From contig OY970355.1 of NCBI GenBank assembly GCA_963718525.1, positions 2,368,001 through 2,432,000 of the forward strand: 64,000 nt of DNA, read 5' to 3'. A program made the position numbers and the translations under genes. The notes below the pieces were generated by a model. That model was not told where the DNA came from. It ran no database searches and saw only the letters and a list, made by a program, of their open reading frames with translations. This document shows positions 19,858 to 28,604 of the stretch, piece after piece. The DNA comes from Candidatus Dormiibacterota bacterium. Its GTDB lineage: Bacteria; Chloroflexota; Dormibacteria; Aeolococcales; Aeolococcaceae. Positions within the stretch are counted from its first letter, which is position 1, and every line of letters starts with the position of its first letter.

Positions 19858-21018
19858 GTGAGCCCCGGCCCCGCCCGCGATCAGCGGGCCCTCACCCGGC
19901 TGCGCAGCGAAGGCAGCTCGCCCGAGGCGATCGATCAGCTGCTGCGCGACCATCGGGTTCCGCTGGTCGAGGGGACGACCTGTACGTTTCTGTGGCGAGG
20001 GGACGCCGAGTGGGTCGGTGTCGAGCACCGGATGGCCGGAGTGGCGATGCCGCTGGCGCTTCGCCGCCTGAAGGACACGGACCTCTGGTACGCGAGCGTC
20101 GAGCTGCCCCGAGGGGCTCGCATCCAGTACCGCATCCTCGTGCGTCGCGGCGAGAACGTCGAGAGCATGAACGACCCCCTCAACCCTCGGGTGGTCGGCG
20201 ACGCCGTCGGGTCTCAGTCCGTTCTCGAGGCCGATGGGTACATCACCCCTGAATGGACCCACCCGGATCCCAGCGCGGTGGCCGGGGAGCTGGTCGATCT
20301 GCGGCTTCCCAGCAGGGCGCTGCGGCGTGAAGCGCACGTGACCCTGTACATCCCCTCGCGTATGCGCCGGGATCGAAAGATGCCGCTGCTCGTTGTGCAC
20401 GACGGAGGTGACTTCCTCAACTACTCGTCAATGGGGACTGTCCTGGATAACCTGATGCACCGGCGGCTCATGGCCGATTGCGTGGTCGCATTCACGCATC
20501 CGGGGGACCGGCTGCGCGAGTACGCCGCGAGTCCTGCGCACAGCCGGTTTCTCACGACTGAGCTCGTTCCGCATATCGAAGGATCACTCCGTCTTCGCGG
20601 CGATCCGCGGGGCCGCGCGCTCATGGGGGCGAGCTTCGGCGGGGTTGCCGCGCTGTCGGCGGCGGTTCGCGCGCCGGGATTCTACGGAGCGCTGCTCCTC
20701 GAATCTCCATCGCTGCGCTTCACCGAAGCCGCCCCCCCGGGCACCTTCGGCGACACCTTCGAGCCGGTGGTGCGCTTCGTGAACTCGGTGCGTGCGAGGC
20801 CGAAGCAGGTGACCGATCGCGTGTTCCTGACATTCGGTGCCTTCGAGCCACTTGCGGTTCCCGACCGGGCGATGGTGGAGGTGCTCCGGCGGATGTGCGC
20901 TGAATTGCGCGTCGTTGAAGGGCTCGACGGCCACAACTGGATCAACTGGCGTGACCGGCTGCTGGATGGCCTTGGGTGGCTGTTCCCCGGCGAAGCGCGC
21001 CTGATCTATCCGCCATGA
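19858..21018 (+). CDS. Fes-like alpha/beta hydrolase (esterase) with N-terminal beta-sandwich domain
   Basis: TFLWRG...LWYASVELP...DPLNP N-domain; VVHDG, GASFGG, GHNWINW. Confidence 0.85.
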   Translation: MSPGPARDQRALTRLRSEGSSPEAIDQLLRDHRVPLVEGTTCTFLWRGDAEWVGVEHRMAGVAMPLALRRLKDTDLWYASVELPRGARIQYRILVRRGENVESMNDPLNPRVVGDAVGSQSVLEADGYITPEWTHPDPSAVAGELVDLRLPSRALRREAHVTLYIPSRMRRDRKMPLLVVHDGGDFLNYSSMGTVLDNLMHRRLMADCVVAFTHPGDRLREYAASPAHSRFLTTELVPHIEGSLRLRGDPRGRALMGASFGGVAALSAAVRAPGFYGALLLESPSLRFTEAAPPGTFGDTFEPVVRFVNSVRARPKQVTDRVFLTFGAFEPLAVPDRAMVEVLRRMCAELRVVEGLDGHNWINWRDRLLDGLGWLFPGEARLIYPP

Positions 21019-21055
21019 TGCGCTGGTCATCGTCGATGCGCGAAACTCTGCGGCC

Positions 21056-21781
21056 ATGAAGAGGCGAGAGCGCTGGTACTCGAACCGGGTGGAGAGCGAC
21101 GTGACGGTTGCCCGGTGGGGTCATTTCGGCAGGCCCGTGATCGTATTTCCCACCGCCGGCGGCGACGCCGAGGAAATCGAGCGCATGTGGCTCGTCAACT
21201 CGGTGGGCGCGTTCCTCGAAGCCGGACGAGCGAAGATCTACTCGTGCGACAGCGTCTCCGGGAGAGCGATGCTCCGCGAGGACGGTGATCCGCGCTACCG
21301 CGCCGCGGTCACGCGTGGCTTCATCGAATTCGTCCGCAACGAGTTGATCCCGATGATTCGCATGGACTGCGAAAGCCCGGACATCACCGTGATCACCGCC
21401 GGGGCGTCCATCGGCGCGTTCAACGCAGTGTCGTTGCTCTGCCATTACCCGGACGTCGTGACCGCGGCTGTGGGCATGAGCGGCACGTACGACATCTCGC
21501 GCTTCGTGGGCGACAACGCGGGCGACGACCTGTACTTCGCGACGCCGTCGTATTTCCTCCCCGACCTCAACGGCGAGCACCTCGCCCTGCTGCGCACACG
21601 CAACGCGATCCTCGCGTCGGGTGAGGGTCGATGGGAGAACATCGGCGAGTCGTGGCGCCTCGCCCACGTGCTCGGCAGCAAGGGGATTCCGAACCGCGTT
21701 GACCCGTGGGGTACCGACTACGACCACGACTGGTCGACATGGCGTCAGATGCTGCCGAAATATCTCGGCGAGCTGGTGTAG
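21056..21781 (+). CDS. esterase-family alpha/beta hydrolase
   Basis: GHFGRPVIVFPT, GASIGA, MSGTYD, HDWSTW. Confidence 0.85.
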   Translation: MKRRERWYSNRVESDVTVARWGHFGRPVIVFPTAGGDAEEIERMWLVNSVGAFLEAGRAKIYSCDSVSGRAMLREDGDPRYRAAVTRGFIEFVRNELIPMIRMDCESPDITVITAGASIGAFNAVSLLCHYPDVVTAAVGMSGTYDISRFVGDNAGDDLYFATPSYFLPDLNGEHLALLRTRNAILASGEGRWENIGESWRLAHVLGSKGIPNRVDPWGTDYDHDWSTWRQMLPKYLGELV

Positions 21782-21826
21782 TCGAGGCCGGCGCTGATGC
21801 CGGCGCCGTCGCGCACCTCTACTGAC

Positions 21827-22456
21827 TCAGGCAGGGGAGGGGACAGGTTCGTCTGGCTCGACGTCGCCGACCATGGCGTCGTCATCGTCGGCATATTCGT
21901 CGTCACGGCCACGCGCCACCAGCAGGAGCGTCGTGATGAGCAGAAATGCCGCCATCGAGAGGAACGGGACGGTGATGAATCCAAAGATGTTGATCACAGC
22001 GACGTTGCAGGGCACCGCGGTCCCACACACGGTCGGCTGCGGGATGTGCTCCAGCTGGTAGTGGTAGATGGCGAGGGCCGCACCGACTGACGCCAGCGCG
22101 ATGAAGTATCGCTTTGCAACATGGGTATCACCACGGAACGCGGCGATGCCGAGCAGCAACGAGAGCGGGTACATGCAGATTCGTTGGAACCAGCAGAACT
22201 CACACGGGTCGAGCTGCTCCCCGAACTGGAGGAAGAGGCTCCCGAATGTGGCGAGCACCGCGACGATCCATGCAAGATGCAGCGCAACGGGGCTGACGCC
22301 GTCTCGCAACCGCCCCCATCGCTCCCGTCCCGACGGCGAGGTCCGCGAGAGGCCGAAGCCGATGGCCGTCGCGAGGACGAGAGCGTCGGCAATCAGGGCG
22401 AGCACCGAATAGCCGGTGTTGACGACCTCGGCGGACGTGACCACTGCCAAGCTCAA
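21827..22456 (-). CDS. disulfide bond formation protein DsbB/BdbC family
   Basis: PCEFCWFQRICMYP plus a second Cys pair (CGTAVPC); multiple TMs. Confidence 0.9.
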   Translation of the reverse strand: MSLAVVTSAEVVNTGYSVLALIADALVLATAIGFGLSRTSPSGRERWGRLRDGVSPVALHLAWIVAVLATFGSLFLQFGEQLDPCEFCWFQRICMYPLSLLLGIAAFRGDTHVAKRYFIALASVGAALAIYHYQLEHIPQPTVCGTAVPCNVAVINIFGFITVPFLSMAAFLLITTLLLVARGRDDEYADDDDAMVGDVEPDEPVPSPA

Positions 22457-22469
22457 CGGTCGGATCCGG

Positions 22470-23459
22470 TTAGCCCGAGACGGGCTTGATCGTCTTGAGA
22501 CCCTGCTCGATGCTCTGGATCATGGTGGAGGAGCATACGGATGACGGCTGATCGCCGGTGGCGATGCACGTCGCTGCGGTGAGGATGTTCGCATTGCCGA
22601 TGATCGCCTGGGTGACCGGGTCACTCGCATTGGAGAGCTTTGCCGCAATCTGACTCCAGGTAAGGTTGGCCAGCAGCGCCGGGTTGTAGCTCGTGGTGTG
22701 CAGGCTGAACAAGCCGCCGATGTCGATGAACGGGTACTGGCCCGACTGCGTCGAGTATGGGGGTTGGTCGTACTTGGTGAAGATGTTCGAGATCTGCGTG
22801 GTCATCGTCTGCAGAGCGGCCTGGTTGCGGTCCTGCAACTCGTTCGAGCTGAAGTCGACGTAGGGGCTGGAGTACGACGACTTGTAGAACGTGAAGGTGT
22901 CGGTGTTCGGGTCGACGTCGGTCGATGAGGACTGGATCTCCGAGAGGTTCTTGAAGGTGCCGAAGCGTGAGAGCCACATCACCATCACCCAGCGCTCCGC
23001 GGCGCAGAACGGGCAGTACTCGGCTCCCACGAAAACCACCAGCGGCTTTCCGTCCGAGTTCACCAGCTTCGCGGAGGCCGGGAGCCGGACCAGCTGGCCG
23101 GATTGCGAGCCGGAGCCGACGGTGTTGACCACCGAGGCGCTCGGAGCCTCGACGGCCGTGAGGATCGCCTGCGGGACGGGAGTCGCCAGGGTTGCGTTGC
23201 TGCCTCCGGTCGCGTTGATGACCACGAGCACGATGAGGACGATTGCGACTACCGCGACGCTCGAGATGGTGACGACAGTCGGCGACTGCCACGGCGGACG
23301 CCGTTCGAGGGAAACAGACCTCGCTGCCGCCTGGCTGCGGCGCTGTTTCTTGGTCGCCGGCTTGGCGGGGTACTTCGCCGCGGTCACCGGCCGCTTGCCT
23401 GCCGGCTTGCGCGGGGTCGACTGATCCACGTCCATCAGGGTACCGGACGAACCTTTCAT
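22470..23459 (-). CDS. DUF929-family membrane-anchored thioredoxin-like protein
   Basis: N-terminal TM then [30 protein letters not shown]; start uncertain. Confidence 0.75.
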   Translation of the reverse strand: MKGSSGTLMDVDQSTPRKPAGKRPVTAAKYPAKPATKKQRRSQAAARSVSLERRPPWQSPTVVTISSVAVVAIVLIVLVVINATGGSNATLATPVPQAILTAVEAPSASVVNTVGSGSQSGQLVRLPASAKLVNSDGKPLVVFVGAEYCPFCAAERWVMVMWLSRFGTFKNLSEIQSSSTDVDPNTDTFTFYKSSYSSPYVDFSSNELQDRNQAALQTMTTQISNIFTKYDQPPYSTQSGQYPFIDIGGLFSLHTTSYNPALLANLTWSQIAAKLSNASDPVTQAIIGNANILTAATCIATGDQPSSVCSSTMIQSIEQGLKTIKPVSG

Positions 23460-23589
23460 CGGGATGTCTGGATCGCGAAGGAGCGATCGTCGCGGGTCCC
23501 GATGCACATGAAGATACGGTGACGAATCCCGCGATCTCGACATCCCTGACTATCCTCAGCGCGATGGTGGGTCTTCCCTCGGCGGTGGC

Positions 23590-25326
23590 GTGAGGTCTCG
23601 GAACGGCGTCAGCGCGACAGCTCTGGCGCTCATCGCGGCCGTGCCGTTCGCCCTGCTGCACACCGGCGCCGCAAGGGCGGCGACGACCCGGGAGGGGATC
23701 GACGTCAGCGCATACCAGGGGTCGATCGCCTGGCACTCGGTGGCGGCCGCCGGGATCTCGTTCGCGTATATCCGTGCGGCGGATGGCGCCGGTTCCCCGG
23801 ACGGGCAGTTCGCGATCAACTGGCGAGGAGCGTCCGCAGCGGGGGTGACCCCCGGGGCATATCTGTTCTACGAGCCGAATCAGAGCGCCGTCGCTCAAGC
23901 CGACCTCCTCATCTCCCAGCTGCGAGCGGTGGGGTTCACCCACGGAGACCTTGTCCCGACGATCGACGTCGAGACCACTGACGGCGAACCCCAGGCGGTG
24001 GTGGTCGCCAACCTCCGCATCATTGTCAACACGGTCAGCGCCGCGATCGGATCGCTGCCCGCCATCTACTGCTCGCCGGCGTGGTGGAGCGGGAACATCA
24101 GCTCGGCGGCCTTCACGCTTGACCCGCTCTGGGTGGCCAACTGGTTCGTGAGCCAGCCGTCGGTGCCCGAGAACAACTGGGGTGGCACCGGCTGGCAGGT
24201 GTGGCAGTACAGCGACGCGGGCAGCGTCCCCGGGATTGCGGGCAGCGTCGACCTCGACCAGGGCGGTGTCCGATCGCTGCCGTATTACGGCTTCCCGGAT
24301 CCTCTTGCGCTGCCGCAGGCGGCAAATGTTGCAGGCAACCCCCAGGCCGTGTCGGATCAGCCGGGGGACGTCAACGTGCTCTGGCGGGGGAGCAACAACC
24401 ACGTCTGGAGCCTCGCATTCCGCAACGGGACGTGGGGGTTGGGATCGACCGACATCAGCGCGGCTGGTGGGACGGCGGCGACGCTCGTCTCGGATCCATC
24501 GGTCGTCTCCTCCGGTCCCGGACAGATTGACGCGTTCTGGGAAGGGGAGGACCACAACCTCTGGTACTCGGCCTTTGCCGGGGGGTGGTTTGGCGACGGA
24601 ACCTGGTCGGCACCCGTGTCGCTCGGGGTCGGACCGCTCGGATCGCAACCCCGGGCCGTGTCGCCCGCCCGCGGCTTCGTCGACGTCTTCTGGAAGGGCT
24701 CCGACGGTGGCCTCTGGGTCGACCGTTACAACGTGGGCTGGAGCGGCGCCATGCCACTGAACACGGGGGCCATCGGCGGGAACCCGGTGGTCGCCAGCGC
24801 CGGCCAGGGATCGGAGACGGTCTTCTGGCGCGACGCGTTCGGTGACCTGTGGTCCGACACCGGCGCCGCGTCGGGGTGGTGGGGTGCCCAGCGCCTGACG
24901 TCCAGCCCGCTGTCGGCTGATCCGTCCGTGAGTGCATCGGGCACGACCATCGACGTCTTCTGGAACAGCGCGGGTGCGCTGTGGCACGGCTCGCTCAACG
25001 GTGCTGTGTGGAGCGGGGTCACCGCACTTGGCACCGAGACCGTCGCCGGCAATCCGTCGGTGGTCGACCTCGCCCCGGGGTCGGTGATCGTCAACTCGCG
25101 TGAGCCCTCGGGGCTCATGGCCTCGTCGCTGTACACGTCGGCGAGCGGCCTCGTGGGCCCGGAGGGGCTGGGGGCCACAGCATCCTCCGACCCGTCATCA
25201 GTCGTGTTCGCCGGTGGCGGCGCCATCGATGTCATCTGGCGATCCGCCACCAACACCCTGTGGGTTGCCCCGGCGTGCCCCGGGTGTGCGGCCCCGGCCA
25301 TTCCCGTCTTCAACCCGGGGGGCTGA
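23590..25326 (+). CDS. secreted GH25 muramidase with C-terminal Trp-rich beta-propeller-like repeats
   Basis: Signal peptide, GIDVSAYQG, PTIDVE, WQVWQYSD, VDLD; repeats of P..VS......DVFW.G.D..LW. Confidence 0.88.
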   Translation: MRSRNGVSATALALIAAVPFALLHTGAARAATTREGIDVSAYQGSIAWHSVAAAGISFAYIRAADGAGSPDGQFAINWRGASAAGVTPGAYLFYEPNQSAVAQADLLISQLRAVGFTHGDLVPTIDVETTDGEPQAVVVANLRIIVNTVSAAIGSLPAIYCSPAWWSGNISSAAFTLDPLWVANWFVSQPSVPENNWGGTGWQVWQYSDAGSVPGIAGSVDLDQGGVRSLPYYGFPDPLALPQAANVAGNPQAVSDQPGDVNVLWRGSNNHVWSLAFRNGTWGLGSTDISAAGGTAATLVSDPSVVSSGPGQIDAFWEGEDHNLWYSAFAGGWFGDGTWSAPVSLGVGPLGSQPRAVSPARGFVDVFWKGSDGGLWVDRYNVGWSGAMPLNTGAIGGNPVVASAGQGSETVFWRDAFGDLWSDTGAASGWWGAQRLTSSPLSADPSVSASGTTIDVFWNSAGALWHGSLNGAVWSGVTALGTETVAGNPSVVDLAPGSVIVNSREPSGLMASSLYTSASGLVGPEGLGATASSDPSSVVFAGGGAIDVIWRSATNTLWVAPACPGCAAPAIPVFNPGG

Positions 25327-25383
25327 CGCCGGGATCCGGTCCGTCCAGAGGGAGGGAGCCGCATCCGCTTGGGCGCCTCTTAA

Positions 25384-25413
25384 AGCTCCTGATAATGCAT
25401 ATTCTCACGATCT
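25384..25413. other. candidate dif-like tyrosine-recombinase core site
   Basis: AGCTCCTGATAA-TGCATA-TTCTCACGATCT: 12-bp inverted arms (9/12 match) around a 6-bp spacer; AT-rich and intergenic. Confidence 0.6.
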
Positions 25414-25558
25414 AGAGCTGGCAGCCCACCTCAGGATCTGTGGAGACCTCTCTCCTCAGTGCGGTGATTCGTTGAAACCCGTGATGACTCGCACACGGCC
25501 CGGTAGCGCTGACGTGCGGGCGCCGTCGAGTCCAGGGAGGCGCGGCTAGGCTCGCGCC

Positions 25559-26638
25559 ATGGATTACGTGCCAGGCCGCTCCTGGAGCCTCGGGCGCATC
25601 CCGGCGCTGGATGGTCTCCGCGGGCTGGCGATCCTGCTGGTGCTGATCCTGCACCTCGGGGTGCCGTTCACCAACGGCGCCGGAGCCGCCGGTGTGACGA
25701 TCTTCTTCGTCCTCTCGGGCTTCCTGATCACCAGCCTGCTGGTCCGCGGGCTGCAGGGCAGCGGCCTCGGCTACCTCAGGACCTTCTATATCCGGCGGGT
25801 CCGACGGCTCTTCCCGGCAGTGGTTGCGCTGCTGGCAATCGTCACCTGTGTCGACCTTGTCACCGGGGATCTCGGTCATATCGCCGGACGCGTGCTCCCA
25901 GCGCTTTTCTATGTCTACAACTGGGTCTGTGTCACCACGTCGGTCGGCGGCGATCCCATCGGCCAGGCGTGGTCGCTGTCCATCGAGGAACAGTTCTACG
26001 TGCTGTGGCCGTTCGTGCTGCTCCTGGCCCTGCGTCGCGGCGGTCCGGAGCTCGCGCTGCGCGTGGCCGCGATCGGCGCGGCCGCGGCCCTTGCCGACCG
26101 CCTCGTCCTGCTTGGCATGCACGACTCGATCGCCCGGATCTATTTCGCCAGCGACACCAACGCGCTGCCGCTCATGGTTGGGTGCGCGCTCGCGTTGGCG
26201 ATCGGTCAGGGCAAGCTGCCGCGGGTTTCGCTGCTGGCGTCGGCATTCGCCGGAGTCGCGCTCCTCGGTGTCTGCGTGGACACGGCCTACGGCGCGGGTC
26301 TTGATTTCCTGCTCATCAGCCCGGTGGTCGTCACCGCGGCCAGCGCGGTGCTCATCGCCCGGATCGTGACGGCCGGGGGTGGCGCGGTCTTCACGCTGGC
26401 CCCGGCGCGGGCGCTCGGACGGGTCTCGTACTCACTCTATCTCTGGCAGACACCGGTGATCGTCTGGGGCGACGTCTGGCTCAGTGGAGCTTCGCTCGTG
26501 GTACGCGTTGTGCTGCTCGGGGGCGCTGCACTCGCCTGTGCGCTCGCCTCGTACTGGTTTGTCGAAGCGCCGATCCGACGCCTCGGCAGCCGCGCGAAGC
26601 CCGCGCCGGCGATGGCGCAACCGGCGGTCCACGCCTGA
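25559..26638 (+). CDS. acyltransferase family 3 (OafA/OatA-like) membrane O-acyltransferase
   Basis: IPALDGLRGLAI, GVTIFFVLSGFLIT, WSLSIEEQFY, SYSLYLW. Confidence 0.92.
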   Translation: MDYVPGRSWSLGRIPALDGLRGLAILLVLILHLGVPFTNGAGAAGVTIFFVLSGFLITSLLVRGLQGSGLGYLRTFYIRRVRRLFPAVVALLAIVTCVDLVTGDLGHIAGRVLPALFYVYNWVCVTTSVGGDPIGQAWSLSIEEQFYVLWPFVLLLALRRGGPELALRVAAIGAAAALADRLVLLGMHDSIARIYFASDTNALPLMVGCALALAIGQGKLPRVSLLASAFAGVALLGVCVDTAYGAGLDFLLISPVVVTAASAVLIARIVTAGGGAVFTLAPARALGRVSYSLYLWQTPVIVWGDVWLSGASLVVRVVLLGGAALACALASYWFVEAPIRRLGSRAKPAPAMAQPAVHA

Positions 26639-26696
26639 GGCGTCGGGTGCCGCGGCTGGTTCGATTGAGACGGGCTCGCTCGATAGGCTTGCCGTG

Positions 26697-27506
26697 ATGG
26701 AGAGCAACGCGCGCCTGACAAAGGCAGGAGGCCCGGCCGTCAGCGCCTTCCTGGCGACGGCATCGGCGGCGTGGCGGAGCGCGCTGGGTCGGAACCTCAG
26801 CGGGGTCTACGTCTCCGGGTCGCTGTCGACCGGCGCCTTCAACCTGCGGACCAGCGACATCGACGTGCTCGTGACGACGCGCGCGCAGACCGACGCCGCC
26901 GCCAACGAGCGCATCGCCGAGCTCCACCTCGCGATGCTCGGCTGGGGCGGTGGGCGCTGGGCCGAACGGCTGGAGGTGAGCTTCGTACCGGCGAGGGCAC
27001 TGCGAGCGCCCGGTGTCCCTGAGCTCGCGGTTCTGGAGCTGCACCCGGACGAAGGCTTCAACGTCAAGCATCTTGGCGCGGACTTCCTGATCCAGAAACG
27101 GATGCTCCGCGAGTACGGCATCACGCTCATCGGGCCGAAGATCGCCAGGATCGTCGCCCCGGTGACCGCGGGTGAGCTTCGCGAGGCTGTCATTGGGAAC
27201 CTGCGCGAGTGGTGGAGGCCGCAACTCGAATTTCCAGGGCAGTTCCTCAATCGCGGCTACCAGGCGTACGCCGTGCTGACGATGTGCCGGGCGCTCTGCC
27301 TTCTGACGACCGGTGACCTGGTGACCAAGCCGGAGGCCGCCGCCTGGGCCCTGCGCGGCCCATATCTCGACGTCTGGCACCCGCTGATCGAATCCGCGAT
27401 CGCCTACCCCGGCGGGGCGCAACCGGACGAGCGGCGCGCAACTCTCGATTTCATCCGCTTCGCGCTCGATGAGGCCGGTATCGGTCACGAGGCTCCAAGC
27501 TCCTGA
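26697..27506 (+). CDS. nucleotidyltransferase, aminoglycoside adenylyltransferase (ANT/AadA)-like
   Basis: GVYVSGS...SDIDVLV pol-beta motif; C-terminal YAVLTMCRAL...VTKPEAAAWA. Confidence 0.78.
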   Translation: MESNARLTKAGGPAVSAFLATASAAWRSALGRNLSGVYVSGSLSTGAFNLRTSDIDVLVTTRAQTDAAANERIAELHLAMLGWGGGRWAERLEVSFVPARALRAPGVPELAVLELHPDEGFNVKHLGADFLIQKRMLREYGITLIGPKIARIVAPVTAGELREAVIGNLREWWRPQLEFPGQFLNRGYQAYAVLTMCRALCLLTTGDLVTKPEAAAWALRGPYLDVWHPLIESAIAYPGGAQPDERRATLDFIRFALDEAGIGHEAPSS

Positions 27507-27518
27507 TAATACGGGGGC

Positions 27519-28568
27519 ATGGCTGCTCGCGTCCGCCCCACCCGGCGTCCAACCGCGCCCCATGCACGCCGCGGTCCGGCATGGGCGTCGAACGTCCCCG
27601 GGCCGCGCAACTCACTGCCCGACCAGGTCGAACAGTTCCTTGACTGGCTTCGCGTGCAGGGCAACCGGCCGTCGACCACCGTCCGGGCATATCGCCAGGA
27701 TCTCGCCAAGTTCGTCGCATATCTGCGCACGCGTCCGCGGGGCGACGTCCTGCTGGCCGGGGTGGATCGACCGCTCCTGCGCCGCTACCAGATCGAGCTG
27801 GCTGATGTGCTGCCGAACCCGCGGTCCCGCGCGCGGGCGCTCGTTGCGTTGCGCCGTTTTCTCGGCTATGCGTATGACGAAGGCTGGGTCACGGCGGAGT
27901 TGAGCCGCCAGGTGACGGTGCCACGCTACGTGGTGGGCGATCCGCATCCGGTGCCCACCGACCACGTGCCACGCCTGCTCGCCGCCCTCCCCAGGGAGAC
28001 CTTGCGCGACCGCCGTGACCGTGCGCTCATCCACCTGCTCTTGAGCACCGGCTGCCGGATCGCCGAAGCCTGTGGCCTCGACCGCGGCGACATCCATCGC
28101 GAGGGCTTCCGAGTTCTCGGCAAAGGTGGCAAATACAGAACTGTGTACTGCACGGATGATGCGTTCGCCGCCGTTGACGATTATCTCAAGATGCGCGGCC
28201 CCGACCCCTCCCCTGCTCTGTTCATCAGCGTCGCCCGCGCCGACGTCCCCCAGGGACATGCCCTTCCCCACAACCGCCTGACCACCGATGGTGCGCGGCG
28301 GGCACTGAGCGCGCTGCGGCAGCGCATGGGTGTCGATCCGGAGATGTTCGAGCTGTTCAGCGATCTCCGCTCCCCGCATGCGGCCCGGCACACTGCCGCC
28401 ACGACGCTCCTGGAGGCGACTGACGGCGACGTCCGCCTGGTCCAGGAGGTGCTCGGGCACGCAACCCTCGAGACGCTCAAGGTCTACACCGAGATCACCG
28501 ATCGGCGCAAACGTGAGGCATACCGCCGGCTTGGTGACTACCTCCACGACGTGGCGGGCCGCGACTGA
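27519..28568 (+). CDS. XerC/XerD-like tyrosine recombinase
   Basis: N-terminal TVRAYRQDL; catalytic R (TGCRIAE), K (GKGGK), HxxR (PHAARH), LGH, Y (VYT). Confidence 0.92.
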   Translation: MAARVRPTRRPTAPHARRGPAWASNVPGPRNSLPDQVEQFLDWLRVQGNRPSTTVRAYRQDLAKFVAYLRTRPRGDVLLAGVDRPLLRRYQIELADVLPNPRSRARALVALRRFLGYAYDEGWVTAELSRQVTVPRYVVGDPHPVPTDHVPRLLAALPRETLRDRRDRALIHLLLSTGCRIAEACGLDRGDIHREGFRVLGKGGKYRTVYCTDDAFAAVDDYLKMRGPDPSPALFISVARADVPQGHALPHNRLTTDGARRALSALRQRMGVDPEMFELFSDLRSPHAARHTAATTLLEATDGDVRLVQEVLGHATLETLKVYTEITDRRKREAYRRLGDYLHDVAGRD

Positions 28569-28604
28569 GGCCGAGCAGGTGATCCGGGTGGCGATGTCCG
28601 CCGG

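Larger units (their letters stand above)
25383..27510 (+). repeat. exact 14-bp direct repeat AAGCTCCTGATAAT at 25383-25396 and 27497-27510
   Basis: Read directly from the sequence. Confidence 0.9.

Noticed and set aside
12706-21781. Graspetide (RiPP) cluster
   Set aside because: No precursor peptide ORF with repeated core motifs was found, and intergenic gaps are too short to hold one
25414-25546. ncRNA or tRNA next to the dif-like site
   Set aside because: No cloverleaf or convincing known RNA structure could be identified by eye
23590-28568. Prophage (lysin plus integrase)
   Set aside because: No structural, holin, terminase or repressor genes; the lysin has a signal peptide and the recombinase is Xer-sized
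25327-28568. Classical integron
   Set aside because: No attC-like hairpins recognised and no clear IntI-specific insertion could be confirmed
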